This document shows positions 21,001 to 30,285 of a DNA stretch of 64,000 nucleotides, one piece after another; position 1 is the stretch's first letter; each line of letters opens with the position of its first letter. The notes under the pieces are model-generated. The model did not search any database. It was not told the origin of the DNA and saw only the letters and a list, made by a program, of their open reading frames with translations. Origin of the DNA: Candidatus Aminicenantes bacterium (GTDB lineage Bacteria > Acidobacteriota > Aminicenantia > Aminicenantales > Saccharicenantaceae). The stretch is from assembly GCA_963843505.1 (NCBI GenBank), contig CAWJKR010000009.1:102506-166505 (forward strand), read 5' to 3'. Position numbers and translations under genes: made by a program.

Positions 21001-21402
21001 TATGAAAGTCTAAAGACCCTGGTGGGATTAGACTCAGTGGTCCGTGTTTCGCTTGTAGATAGACCCAGCTATCAGACGGCGGAGGGGAAAAACGAAGCTC
21101 CTCTCTTTACCTGCAGGATTGACATTGTCGCTGGGGAGAAGATCATAAGTGGCTGGTTTGGCTTAACGGTCTTCCCTAAAGGAGGTAGGCCAGCCGGCTA
21201 CGTTCATGATGGGAGCGATATCCGCGTCTATGTTGCCAGGGGAGTTCTTAGAAACGAAAAATCTGAACAAGCAAGGACTCTTGCTGAAGAATTGTATGGC
21301 CATGCCTTCCTTTATGTTACAGGGAAACCGTTCGAACACGAGTTTACACGCGACGGTTATGTTGAGGCTTATATCGACAAAATAAGGAGAAGGAAATACT
21401 GA
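15070..21402 (+). CDS. Giant RHS/YD-repeat polymorphic toxin with Sec signal peptide
   Basis: GGAGAGGAGGAA RBS and ATG at 15070. Signal peptide MLRTSRSLVSTLFFLVALTAGIHLQA. Many YD repeats (YAYDVEGRLTEVDY, YVYNDENRL, YQYDGNGNI, YTYDEYGNM, YDARGNL). RHS core (DGETGLDYFGARYY...NLYSYCRNNPLSLRDPDG). Uninterrupted frame of about 2110 aa. Confidence 0.92.
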   Translation: MLRTSRSLVSTLFFLVALTAGIHLQAQNGIYDRIGIVPGHGSHGSLPEENIDLFTGNVTLRYRDVYLPGPYGLDVEVWRVYNSKILTDWQPGQQPAIQAYHQSWVGMGWTMHMGMVHAYSSNAPVIEFPDGRLERAYPNNCGLGANVYMTRDFLKYDKTYAYPTIYPKVYFKDGVVWTLGLTATITRADGTTDPVRLVTKIDSSFGQSITIEYNTIVAGQYPTLKKITDGFGRIITFTSSGTPRKLTQISYTVTRQYAQSQVRRLYYSVGAFGDGSGYTRLNSFQPPEIAPVQFEYENGDSDHYELKKMTTSFGGTLEYSINDHLFYSGATQLNSRVMTQKRIKFTTDPAEVPSTWNYVYPDYNGVPTGMVNIDGPVYDTSVSYNAYDPAYPWRQGLIQALGYGDGSYQESYEWTSHEISSQVFAPLPASALRHKEGGAVFKEETLYEIPSYTKYGLPSKALSYIGGSETPLNYRTVFYNFAGRPNWELRYMLAYPCNESQFSGSGMKLKEKKTTYYDDTDTWKWGAIKKISIWKEDSTYADWTHSLVLDTQGKKIQVFITGPLIGSNTEVVSSYGLEEQLKKGDVGSVIRTISPYDSAISRESYPTGGVLNYTYDLLGRVIAVDWPTGRYDESITWPAGENRSISTRGATGSQHILTKFWDGLGRDLGSTEQGDGTTLYFSRTLDAEGRLVTECKGSTSEDHKYQYSYNAAGEIIEIIDPEGITDPEGHTTQMTLNGTTKTVEDPEHHSTVFEYEHLPGLPTEVTDPQGHIAEYAYDVEGRLTEVDYNDGARIHSFEYDRNDNLTSETHPETGLISYVYNDENRLMAKTWGASIIHYSHNGSGQLYAVYSGEYPDYEEQIMYTYVEGKLIRVRSTVKGWDRDQIQYDLCGNLTHERITIPPLAPKDISYVYDGFNNLSMTTYPDQHWSLVGSNGLAMPETLAFDSISNYLVGSASYGSGKAVTGLAFTRNGTQFSASYLPSGHLSQTSLTRSGVTLYDASYQYDGNGNILSMSSTSPGPSMNAAFGYDSLNRLTTATYSSGRVGAFGYTYDEYGNMRTVRENGISVFDKTYDSGNRITGDSYDARGNLQSAMGEDAFYHWDKMNQLSSVSNTAGEILGKYLYDERGLRLAAMPPLPDIDIYLGAPNEGNPLGDGTGTVTLDCPVGQHVDATLTIKNGGDGLLELTGSPKVVKSGPDMNQFEVFTEPSSPIAPLGTTTFVIRFSPTTAGRKTAAISIANNDLDENPYDIGLTGNLEPPEINIVDVPDGGTWDFGFIPVGQSQQWPFMIQNLGEEDLVLDGNPRVQISGDEMGQFSVEEQPSGVVTGHSATFLVIRFSPMMAGPATAQVSIQNNDSDENPYNFTLTGEGQGGFGMKQEESGLDIIFPDGDDTLVAGKTRTIAWRGAEATESVKIEYSTDNGSTYRLIAERAPNTGRFEWLVPPDLSPACLIRISAADGVPVSPRAYAMEFDLRTSPAAGAEEVERRFSARAAIPGPDGQTTWAWDFTVAYEETEAEATGEVGPPSGWRHFRIVLDTDQGLGSVSIDDKPLLADVLPVHFAFPSDRPEIHLTPTEGTSAKLWVDNLEIDYEDRTLALQSGDRLIMARPVIRDGFDRYAAGEFPEAGGWKIGWTAASSVGGSVAEGADQADKQSYDQGIVQPTGTAGEIDESERVSPLRSFRIEQTGEASSPVVKKFAMPERLPYDVSTGSFSTVAEDAELAELMDRMLEERAQPETSPRDVLSGSTYQAAQQSPAPQGGGSITTLSVPRTGSFYIYSFDGRLLAEYDIYGTCLRDYIYMGSRLVAEYVPATGEYFYYMQDQIGSTRVVTNDSGTVVYAEAHDPYGGIQKTWVNDFDPKRKFSDKERDGETGLDYFGARYYSAPDNSEGHRGSYRWLSIDPKFNTFAVLADPQASNLYSYCRNNPLSLRDPDGRIVICGDRAAFEALKRSIGDGTLADKITWDPVTGMIFVEDIETNNENYESLKTLVGLDSVVRVSLVDRPSYQTAEGKNEAPLFTCRIDIVAGEKIISGWFGLTVFPKGGRPAGYVHDGSDIRVYVARGVLRNEKSEQARTLAEELYGHAFLYVTGKPFEHEFTRDGYVEAYIDKIRRRKY
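20860..21399 (+). other. C-terminal variable toxin domain of the RHS protein (about 180 aa, family not recognised)
   Basis: Begins immediately after the DPDG boundary motif of the RHS core. G+C content drops visibly from about 20700 onwards. Confidence 0.7.
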
Positions 21403-21403
21403 T

Positions 21404-21934
21404 ATGAGAATGCTGATATCTTTTCTTCTTTTATTGGGATCCTGCCTGACCGTCCATAATATCGTGGCCTGTGCAGAGGAAGGCTCGCCGATTACAGACG
21501 CAGTGCCGGAGGTTCAAGCGACTATTGAAGAGGATATTATTCCCGCTATTGATGGCAGTCCCAGATTTGATCAGACCGGAAAGGAATGGGAATCCTATCT
21601 CGCGGATATCGGCAAATTCAGAATTGTTCTTACGTTGGACGGATTCAAACTCCGTAACATTTTTGTTCAAGGCAATGCGACCTTCAGCATTGTTTATCAG
21701 TTTTATCTTGGCGAGGATTATCACCCAAAAGACATCGATCTCATATTAGGAGAAGAGCAGCTCGATAATGCGGATGCAGCAACTGTGTGCCTCTCGAAAT
21801 GGACGCTATCTGGCTTCCTTCCAAATAGGAAATACCGTTTGGTCCTACGTTGGGAGCATAACAAAGGCTATATAACGTTAACCATGACCGGGGACGAGAT
21901 GAGCCTCTCAATCAAGCTTAGGGCGCTAATTTAG
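21404..21934 (+). CDS. Putative cognate immunity protein, exported (signal peptide or lipoprotein)
   Basis: ATG lies 1 nt after the RHS stop (TGAtATG). Same low-GC composition as the toxin tip. N-terminus MRMLISFLLLLGSCLTVHNIVACA. No family recognised. Confidence 0.65.
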   Translation: MRMLISFLLLLGSCLTVHNIVACAEEGSPITDAVPEVQATIEEDIIPAIDGSPRFDQTGKEWESYLADIGKFRIVLTLDGFKLRNIFVQGNATFSIVYQFYLGEDYHPKDIDLILGEEQLDNADAATVCLSKWTLSGFLPNRKYRLVLRWEHNKGYITLTMTGDEMSLSIKLRALI

Positions 21935-22003
21935 GGAGGCGCAGGATCTGGGGCGGCGCCTTAATGGCCAGTCCCCCATACTCTCCAGCGGGGCTTTCTC
22001 GCC

Positions 22004-22032
22004 TTGACCCCCCGCCCGGGCGGGATTATGAT
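22004..22032 (+). promoter_or_regulatory. Putative sigma70-type promoter for the BNR/sortilin-like gene
   Basis: TTGACC, 17-nt spacer, TATGAT. CAGGAGGA RBS before the ATG at 22074. Confidence 0.45.
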
Positions 22033-22073
22033 TCGGCCTCCATCGTTCCTCAAACCCGCTTCAGGAGGACGTC

Positions 22074-25418
<3,345 letters not shown>

Positions 25419-25421
25419 AGA

Positions 25422-25476
25422 CCAGACCTCGGACCGGGAGCACGTACTCAGGTACATGTCCCGCCCCGAGGTCTGG
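25422..25476 (+). terminator. Long imperfect hairpin directly after the BNR-like gene stop (no T-tract)
   Basis: CCAGACCTCGG (25422-25432) pairs perfectly with CCGAGGTCTGG (25466-25476). Inner CGGGA/TCCCG and GTAC-containing pairs lie in the loop. Confidence 0.3.
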
Positions 25477-25638
25477 CTGCGATGGCCCGTTGCCCCCCCG
25501 GGGCGGCCGCAGAGGCCCGAGTTTCCCGACCTGCAGGGTCAAATCCGACTTTTTTTGTAGGAAATGAAACCTTTTCCCGCGGGGAAGCGTCTAAAGGGAT
25601 GTATGAACAGAAAGAAGATATGAAAGAGGAGACAACCC

Positions 25639-25788
25639 ATGAAGATCAGAACGAAAGTCGCCATATTCCTGATCGCCACCGTCCTGTCGCTCGCCGGCTA
25701 CGGCGTCCTGGCCAACGCCCTGTCTGCTGACCGGGTCATGGCCGCGGCCAGGCCGACGACCGTGATGTCCGTCCACGTCACGAGCTAA
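25639..25788 (+). CDS. Small (49 aa) signal-peptide-bearing ORF, hypothetical
   Basis: AAAGAGGAGA RBS 6 nt upstream of the ATG. MKIRTKVAIFLIATVLSLAGYGVLANA followed by a 22-aa tail. Not in the track because it is under 60 aa. Confidence 0.4.
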   Translation: MKIRTKVAIFLIATVLSLAGYGVLANALSADRVMAAARPTTVMSVHVTS

Positions 25789-25829
25789 TCGCCTCAAGTC
25801 CGACGGCGCGCCCAGACACTCATCCCTAA

Positions 25830-25993
25830 CCTGGATTATTCACGAGCCGAGACGGCTGCAGATGCGATGGCGTGAGCCATCTTGGCTCCAACGAAGCAGG
25901 TGCGGCCGGATCGGCTTGCCCGTAGGGTAAAAACGCCGGTCTTGGGTCTTCTTGTCTTGCTGAGAAAACCGGCGTTTTTATGAATGGTCCAGG
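25830..25993 (+). mobile_element. MITE-like non-autonomous element, copy B (164 bp)
   Basis: Ends CCTGGATTATTCA ... TGAATGGTCCAGG (11/13 complementary). Perfect 4-bp CTAA on both flanks. Inverted relative to copy A. Confidence 0.7.
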
Positions 25994-26008
25994 CTAAATA
26001 TCTCGGCA

Positions 26009-26037
26009 GGTCACCGCGTATTCACTGCGAGGTGACC
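26009..26037 (+). promoter_or_regulatory. Stem-loop whose 3' arm contains the Shine-Dalgarno-like GAGGTG of the downstream gene
   Basis: GGTCACC (26009-26015) and GGTGACC (26031-26037) form a perfect 7-bp inverted repeat with a 15-nt loop. The ATG is at 26039. Confidence 0.3.
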
Positions 26038-26038
26038 A

Positions 26039-27481
26039 ATGAACAAGCGCGCTTGGACCATATTGCTGCTTGCGCCTGTCTTCTTGTCTTTCGGACGGAC
26101 CCCCGCATCCCGAGACGGCCAGCCCGCCGTGTCGCGGAAGGGCGTCGGGCGGCTGGAGGCATTGGTGCTCAAGGGCGCGTTCCGCGACACCGAGAAGCTC
26201 GCGGCCGAAGTCCTGTCCGATCCCGCCGCCGACCCCCGGACGCAGGCCGTCTGCGGCCTGGCCTTCCTCAAGGCGGGGCGCATCCGGCAGGCCGAATCCG
26301 TCTTCAACAAGGTGGTCGCGCTCTCGCCCGACAATCCGGAGGCCCATCTCGGCCTGGGGAAGATCAGCCGTATCCGGAACGACACGGAGGCGGCCGTGGA
26401 GCACCTGAGCCGGGCCGTCCCCTCCGATGCCTTCTTCGAAGACGCGCTGCGTCAGCTCTGGCGGACTGCCTGGGATCGCGGCCTGGTCTCGGACCTCTTC
26501 GAGATCTATAAGACGGCCGAAACGCGCTACGGCCGAGAATCCAAGCCCCTCCCCTCCTGGTTCACCAACGGCCTCTCCCAGATCCGGGGGCTTCCGGGGA
26601 AACGGCTCTTCGATATGGAGGGCCGCGTCGAGCGCCTGCGCATCCCCCTGATCTCCGGCCCGGACCCCCGGGTCCGCATCCGAATGATCTCCCTCAAGCT
26701 CAACGGCAAGGGCGAGTATCTCTTCGACATCGATTCAGCCTCGTCCGACTTCCTGACGGTCAGCCCTCTGCTGGCCGAGGAGTTGGGCCTTTCTTTGTCC
26801 GGCAGCTCCACGGCTTCGGGCGTGGGGACGGCGAAGGCCGCGGTCCGCTTCGCCGTGCTGGGCAAGGTCGAGCTCGGAGCGATCGCCTTCCGGAACGTCC
26901 CGGTCATGGTCTCCGACCTGCATCCGTTCCGGGGACTGAAGAAGGGGCTGCTCGGCACGGGCCTGCTCAAACGCTTCAACGTCACGATCGACGTCGAAGC
27001 GCAGGCCATGACGCTCTTCCCGCTCGATCGTCCCGATCTTCTCGCCGGGACTATCGACCGGGCGGCCGTGGCCGCGGATATCCCGCTCTACCTTTTCGAC
27101 GCGACGACCGTCGAGGCCACTCTGGATGGGGCGCCCGCGGCTCTCTACATCCTCGATACGGCGGCAGCCACGAACCTCGTGGACGCCGTCTTTTTCGAGG
27201 AGCACCTCAAGCCGAAGCTCGATCCCGCCCAGATCGTCCGCGGCGGCATCACGGGCGCCCAGGGACCGCAGTCCGTCAACCGGATCGACGGTTTGAAGGT
27301 CGCCCTCGGTCCCCTTGTCTTCGATGATCAGTCCGCCCACGAATTCCCGATAGAGGAGCTGAACGCGATCGGCGGCCGGTACCTGGCCGGGCTCCTGGGC
27401 AATCCGGTGCTCTGGCCCTACCGCGTCCACATGGACTTCCGAGGCGGCCGGCTCATCCTGGAAAGGCGGCCCGGGTCCTGA
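26039..27481 (+). CDS. TPR plus tandem retropepsin-like aspartyl protease domain protein, secreted
   Basis: Signal-like N-terminus. TPR-like helices (AEAHLGLGKI). Two D-S/T-A/G motifs (FDIDSASSD and ILDTAAATN) in separate lobes. Intact 480-aa frame. Confidence 0.6.
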   Translation: MNKRAWTILLLAPVFLSFGRTPASRDGQPAVSRKGVGRLEALVLKGAFRDTEKLAAEVLSDPAADPRTQAVCGLAFLKAGRIRQAESVFNKVVALSPDNPEAHLGLGKISRIRNDTEAAVEHLSRAVPSDAFFEDALRQLWRTAWDRGLVSDLFEIYKTAETRYGRESKPLPSWFTNGLSQIRGLPGKRLFDMEGRVERLRIPLISGPDPRVRIRMISLKLNGKGEYLFDIDSASSDFLTVSPLLAEELGLSLSGSSTASGVGTAKAAVRFAVLGKVELGAIAFRNVPVMVSDLHPFRGLKKGLLGTGLLKRFNVTIDVEAQAMTLFPLDRPDLLAGTIDRAAVAADIPLYLFDATTVEATLDGAPAALYILDTAAATNLVDAVFFEEHLKPKLDPAQIVRGGITGAQGPQSVNRIDGLKVALGPLVFDDQSAHEFPIEELNAIGGRYLAGLLGNPVLWPYRVHMDFRGGRLILERRPGS

Positions 27482-27523
27482 TACGGCTTGAAAGCCACGG
27501 GCCCCGAGGTGTACATTGGGGCC

Positions 27524-29026
27524 ATGAAGACCGCGAAAAAGCCGCTCATCGCCCTTGTTTCGTCACTCCTCTTCCTGGCCCTGCTCGTGCCGACCGCCTC
27601 GAGCCAAGACGGCGAGTGCTTCACCGTCCTCGTCGGCAAGAACGCCAGCGCCGACGGTTCGGTCATGGTCGCCCACAACGAGGACGACCGGGGCGACATC
27701 GTCGTCAACCTCCGCAAGATCCGGGCCCGCGACTACGGCCCCCGGAAGGTCGATCTCGGCAAGGGCGCCTTCTACGACAGCGACGGCAAGACCGCGGGCT
27801 TCCTCTGGATCGAGGCGACGACCCAGGAGTTCGCCGACAGCTTCGTCAACGACAACGGGGTCCTCATCACCTCCGACAGCTGCCCGTCCCGCGTGAGCGC
27901 CGAGGACATGACCGACGGCGGCATCGGCTGGATGCTCCGCCGGCTCATGGCCGAGAAGGCGACATCGGCGCGCGACGCCGTCCGGCTCGCGGGCGAGCTC
28001 ATCGAAAAGTACGGCTACCGCGCCTCCGGCCGGACCTATTCGATCGCCGACAAGAACGAGGCCTGGATGCTGGCCGCTCTCAAGGGCCGCCATTGGTTCG
28101 CCCAGCGCGTCCCCGACGACGAGGTCGCCGTCATCCCCAACTATTTCACGATCCGCGGCATCCGCCTCGACGACCCGGACCACTTCATGGGCAGCCGCGA
28201 CATCGTCGAATACGCGACGAAGAACGGCTGGTACGACGCGGCCAAGGACGGCCCGTTCGATTTCAAGAAGGCCTTCGACAGGCCCTCGAACCGCGAGCCC
28301 GCCGCGGACGGCAACGCCCTCCGCCATTGGCGGGGCCTGAGCCTCGTCACCGGCAGGACCTGGGAGCTCGGCCGCGACTATCCGTTCTCCGTGAAGCCCG
28401 GCGCGAAAGTGACCGCCGAAGCGCTGATGGCCATCCTGCGCGATCACTACGAAGGCACGGAATACGACGCCACGGACGGCTACGTGAGGGGCACTCCGAA
28501 CCGGACGAAGTTCCGGACGATCTGCACGTCCTCGACGATCAACGCCTTCGTCGCCTCCCTCGACGCGAAGCGCCCGGAGCCCCTGGCCGTCTTGATCTGG
28601 CTGGCCATGGGCAAGCCCGACACGACCGTCTTCGTGCCGCTCTACGGCGGCGTCGAGAGCCTGCCGCCGGGAGCCGGCCTTGGGGGGAAAGACCACGACT
28701 ATGAGGCCTTCGAGAAGCTGCACTTCGCCGACGCGGAGCTCAAGGCCGCCAAGGCCGGCCTCCTCAACACCAAGGTCCTCGCCCTCGAGGCGGCGGCCGA
28801 AGCGGACTACGGCCCGATGCACGAAACGCTCATGAAGGAGCTCTCCCCCGTCGAGGAGGCGTTCCTCAAGGGCCGGCCGAAATTCGAGAAGCGTTTCGCG
28901 GCGCTCTACGCCAAGAACAGAAAGAAGGCCCAGAAGAAGCTCGACGACTACGTCGCGGACGCGTTCGCCAAGGTCGCCGACCTCACGACGAAGGTTCTGG
29001 AGAAGAGTAAGCCTTCAGGGCTTTGA
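27524..29026 (+). CDS. C69-family dipeptidase with signal peptide
   Basis: The GECFTVLVGKNASADGSVMVAHNEDD N-terminal nucleophile Cys context is typical of peptidase C69. Intact frame. Confidence 0.8.
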   Translation: MKTAKKPLIALVSSLLFLALLVPTASSQDGECFTVLVGKNASADGSVMVAHNEDDRGDIVVNLRKIRARDYGPRKVDLGKGAFYDSDGKTAGFLWIEATTQEFADSFVNDNGVLITSDSCPSRVSAEDMTDGGIGWMLRRLMAEKATSARDAVRLAGELIEKYGYRASGRTYSIADKNEAWMLAALKGRHWFAQRVPDDEVAVIPNYFTIRGIRLDDPDHFMGSRDIVEYATKNGWYDAAKDGPFDFKKAFDRPSNREPAADGNALRHWRGLSLVTGRTWELGRDYPFSVKPGAKVTAEALMAILRDHYEGTEYDATDGYVRGTPNRTKFRTICTSSTINAFVASLDAKRPEPLAVLIWLAMGKPDTTVFVPLYGGVESLPPGAGLGGKDHDYEAFEKLHFADAELKAAKAGLLNTKVLALEAAAEADYGPMHETLMKELSPVEEAFLKGRPKFEKRFAALYAKNRKKAQKKLDDYVADAFAKVADLTTKVLEKSKPSGL

Positions 29027-29993
29027 GGGCCAGGAGGGTGACCCATTTGCTTGGCCGGCCCTTCTTTTCGATATCGACCAGAAAACGCCCGTTGTAAGTG
29101 TCCTCCAAAAGCCACCGGCCATCGGCGTCCTGCTTGGACAGGATGAGCTCTGCGGCCTCCCCCATTCTCGGGTCCCGGTAGCCCAATTTCGCCAGGAGCC
29201 CGAAGACTTCCAGAGCGTCCCCGTCCCACATCATCGGGAATCCGAACTTCAGCCACTTGGGCTTGACGTCTTTCGTGAGGTTATGGCTTCGCTTGTGGAC
29301 ATGATGCCGAAGGAAGTATTCCGCGGCCGCGCCGATCGTCCTCTTGACCTCAGGCGAGCGCTTCTTTTGAGGGATCTCGGCCAAGGCTTTGAGCGTCTTG
29401 GCCACGCCGGAGTGGCAGGTGTGTCTTCCCCAGCAAGTATTCCATAGGTCGTACGGCCAGCCGGATGGCGCCGGGCCCGTCCGGTCGTCGAACCGGGCGT
29501 AGGTCGTGAGCCATTCGATCCCCATCTTGACCCTGGGATCGTCGCCGAACCCAAGCCGGATGAGGCTCCAGACCATGTTCCCGCACAGGCAGGGGACGAT
29601 GGCGCTGTGATAGCCGCCGTTCGGGCCGCCGCGATAAGCGAAACCGCCGCTCTCCCTATCCTGTGAAGCCCGGAGGATGAAATCGCCGGCGCTTCTGATC
29701 CTCGGGTCGCGCGGGTCGGCCCCGAGCTCGGCCAGGACGATCAGCTGCCAGACGGTGCCCTTGTACTTCGCCCGGACGTAGAAATCCTCGGCGATCCCCC
29801 AGTGGCCGCCCTTCATCTGCTTGGCCAGGATCTTGGGGACCGTCCCCGTTTCCATGATCGCCCTCTTGGCCGCCGCGACACGCCGGTCCCGGGGCGACGC
29901 GTCCAGGAGATCGACGAGGGTGTAGTAGCGGACCGAGGGGTTGTCCTCCTCGAGGAGCCAGGGGACGGGATCGGCTTTGAGACCGTGGATCAC
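28983..29993 (-). CDS. Prenyltransferase / terpene-cyclase-like alpha-alpha toroid repeat protein
   Basis: Repeated aromatic/Gly-rich motifs (GGHWG, SGGFAYRGG, DGRWLLED) in an intact 336-aa frame. GTG start. The 3' end overlaps the convergent C69 gene by 44 nt. Confidence 0.5.
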   Translation of the reverse strand: MIHGLKADPVPWLLEEDNPSVRYYTLVDLLDASPRDRRVAAAKRAIMETGTVPKILAKQMKGGHWGIAEDFYVRAKYKGTVWQLIVLAELGADPRDPRIRSAGDFILRASQDRESGGFAYRGGPNGGYHSAIVPCLCGNMVWSLIRLGFGDDPRVKMGIEWLTTYARFDDRTGPAPSGWPYDLWNTCWGRHTCHSGVAKTLKALAEIPQKKRSPEVKRTIGAAAEYFLRHHVHKRSHNLTKDVKPKWLKFGFPMMWDGDALEVFGLLAKLGYRDPRMGEAAELILSKQDADGRWLLEDTYNGRFLVDIEKKGRPSKWVTLLALKALKAYSSPEPSS

Positions 29994-30042
29994 GGCAGAA
30001 GCATAACGGCAGAGCCGAAGGGCGTCAAGATGCCCGTGCGCT

Positions 30043-30096
30043 CTCGCTGCTATCGCGCGAGGGGTTGCGGAATTGAGCTCGCAGGCTTGACAGGCC
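30043..30096. repeat. Left copy of an imperfect direct repeat flanking the low-GC island
   Basis: CTCGCTGCTATCGCGCGAGGGGTTGCGGAATTGAGCTCGC (30043-30082) matches 34872-34912 with 2 substitutions and 1 indel. The adjoining GCAGGCTTGACAGGCC matches GCAGCCTTGACAGGCC at 35089-35104. Confidence 0.8.
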
Positions 30097-30285
30097 CCGC
30101 TTCCGGGTTCAGAATCGGGACGTCCCGAGGGAGGCGCCGATCATGAACCATGGGGGCCCGTGGCCACCGGCCCGGGCCCCTCGCCACACGCAAACTTTAA
30201 CGGCCGCTTAGACAGGGAATCTACCGTTTAAAACTCACCTCATTCGCGGGCAGTCTACTTCATCCGCAAGAATATCGAACTAGCA

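Noticed and set aside
14971-21402. Calling the RHS protein a type VI secretion effector
   Set aside because: There is no VgrG, Hcp, PAAR or other T6SS gene in the window. The N-terminus is a classical Sec signal peptide rather than a PAAR or prePAAR region. The secretion route is left open.
28983-29026. The 44-nt convergent overlap between the C69 dipeptidase and prenyltransferase-like genes, considered as a regulatory feature
   Set aside because: Short convergent 3' overlaps are common in compact high-GC genomes, and either stop could be affected by an undetected indel. There is no supporting structure.
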